NCBI GenBank assembly: GCA_019358915.1
Contig: JAHHIM010000003.1
Coordinates: 96,001-160,000 of the forward strand
DNA length: 64,000 nucleotides
Direction of reading: 5' to 3'
Source: Trichormus sp. ATA11-4-KO1
GTDB lineage: Bacteria > Cyanobacteriota > Cyanobacteriia > Cyanobacteriales > Nostocaceae
The position numbers and the translations under genes are program-made. Below the pieces are notes generated by a model. The model worked only from the letters and a program-made list of their open reading frames with translations, was not told the DNA's origin and ran no database searches. Shown here piece after piece: positions 62,659 through 64,000 of the stretch; position 1 is the stretch's first letter; each line of letters starts with the position of its first letter.

Positions 62659-63573
62659 TTAACTAAAGATACTCAACTGTAACCCTTGCGATAAAGCCTG
62701 AATAAAAGCGATCGCTCCTACTGGATTTCCTGCTATATCTAAGGCGGGACTGTAGCAAGCGATCGCACCTGCATTTGGTACGATAACTAATAATCCACCA
62801 CTAATCCCGGATTTCATTGGTAAACCAATCTTGACGGCGAGCTGGGCAGAAGCTTCGTACAGCCCACAGGTTAACATTACAGCATTGACAATTTGGCGAT
62901 GTTGTGTTTCTAATAAGCTATGTTCACAAGCTAAAAGTTTTCCTAACAAAGCTAGATCTTTAACTCGTCCGGATATACAGCATATTTGCTCATAAGTGTC
63001 AAGGGCTAATTCAGGATGATCTAAATGTCCTGTGGCGGTAAGATAATTGGCGATCGCTTGATTAGCTGGAGAACGTAATGAGCGCACTGAAGCCAACATT
63101 CCCTCATCTAACTGAAGTTGACAACCTGCTAATTGGTTCAGCCATTGACAAAATAGTTGAGTGCGTTGGTTACCATCTTTTCCTGGTAACTTATCAGCCA
63201 GAGTGATAGCGCCACTATTAATCATGGGATTGCGGGGGTGTCCAGCATCAGCAATTAATTGCTCTAAAGAATTAAATGGTGCATTGGAGGGTTCAACCCC
63301 AACCCATTGCAGAACTGTCTCTATTCCTAGATGTTCCAAAAGATAAAGCAAAGAAAACGGCTTGATTGCACTCATCAATGGAAACACACAAGCCGTGTCT
63401 CCTTGACTAAAAGTTTGCCCGGATTCACAGCAAATGTAAACGGCAAACCAACCAGGATTAGCCACAGCTAATTGGGGAATGCGATCGCTAACTTTTCCTT
63501 TTAAGGCTGCGGTTTTGGCTTGTTGTACCCAAGTTGAGAAATCTGTACTAGCTAATCTGTCAATCCATGCCAT
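62659..63573 (-). CDS. glsA: glutaminase
   Basis: SAIK catalytic SxxK, VEPS..FN, NPMINSGA, KSGISGG; start uncertain. Confidence 0.9.
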   Translation of the reverse strand: MAWIDRLASTDFSTWVQQAKTAALKGKVSDRIPQLAVANPGWFAVYICCESGQTFSQGDTACVFPLMSAIKPFSLLYLLEHLGIETVLQWVGVEPSNAPFNSLEQLIADAGHPRNPMINSGAITLADKLPGKDGNQRTQLFCQWLNQLAGCQLQLDEGMLASVRSLRSPANQAIANYLTATGHLDHPELALDTYEQICCISGRVKDLALLGKLLACEHSLLETQHRQIVNAVMLTCGLYEASAQLAVKIGLPMKSGISGGLLVIVPNAGAIACYSPALDIAGNPVGAIAFIQALSQGLQLSIFS

Positions 63574-64000
63574 GAGAAAATGAATAAGCTGAGTCCACGG
63601 CAACAGTACCGAAGCGATAACCTTTGCCGTAAACAGTATGAATCAATTGAGTTTCTTTGCCTACCTCAATCTTACGCCGCAGTAGGCGGATTAATGCAGC
63701 TATCACATTACTACTAGGTTGTTCACTATCTTGCTGCCATAAATTTTGGAGAATTTGGGCGTGAGTCAGTAATTGTCCGGTGTTTTCCATAAAATATTGT
63801 AGCAACTGACTTTCTTTTTGGGATAACTCGATAATTCGTCCTTGACGGTAAGCCACTTGGTTTTCGTAATCAAGTTCTAAATCAGCTACACTTAATCGTC
63901 CAGTAGTAGTGTCATAGCTGTGGGAACCGGAACGACGCAACAAAGCACGGACTCGCGCTAATAACTCCCGCAATTCAAACGGTTTGACTAAATAATCATC
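63560..64000 (-). CDS. OmpR-family response regulator (5' part outside the window)
   Basis: DDYLVKPFELRELLARVRALLRR, LSQKE..LL, IHTVYGKGY. Confidence 0.9.
   Translation of the reverse strand, partial: DDYLVKPFELRELLARVRALLRRSGSHSYDTTTGRLSVADLELDYENQVAYRQGRIIELSQKESQLLQYFMENTGQLLTHAQILQNLWQQDSEQPSSNVIAALIRLLRRKIEVGKETQLIHTVYGKGYRFGTVAVDSAYSFSHGMD

Overview
Chromosomal window from a filamentous cyanobacterium, probably Nostocales. Evidence: very frequent HIP1 GCGATCGC, heptamer STRR arrays, and Nostoc-type short dispersed repeats. Core genes: psaA-psaB, chlH, ftsH, rplU-rpmA, tRNA-Pro(GGG), cruF-cruG, rnhA, purU, tatC, the flv4-sll0218-flv2 operon, mcdA-mcdB carboxysome positioning, a Gld-like ABC operon, a CYP110-type P450, a lipoxygenase and a glutaminase. 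The accessory DNA holds two candidate systems. (1) Three toxin-antitoxin/DUF29 islets (about 2.2-4.6 kb, 22.8-24.2 kb and 42.9-46.5 kb). In two of them, cassettes sit between direct repeats bounded by HIP1 sites. In the largest, HIP1 sites are split by 21-nt inserts, four toxin genes are inactivated or reduced to fragments, and an orphan R-x4-H (HEPN-like) gene is embedded. (2) A same-strand cluster of solo respiratory subunits (ndhI, ctaD, cydA) lacking their usual partner genes, with signs of rearrangement. No CRISPR array, rRNA, integrase or intact transposase was seen. Family assignments come from motif recognition by eye, not database searches.
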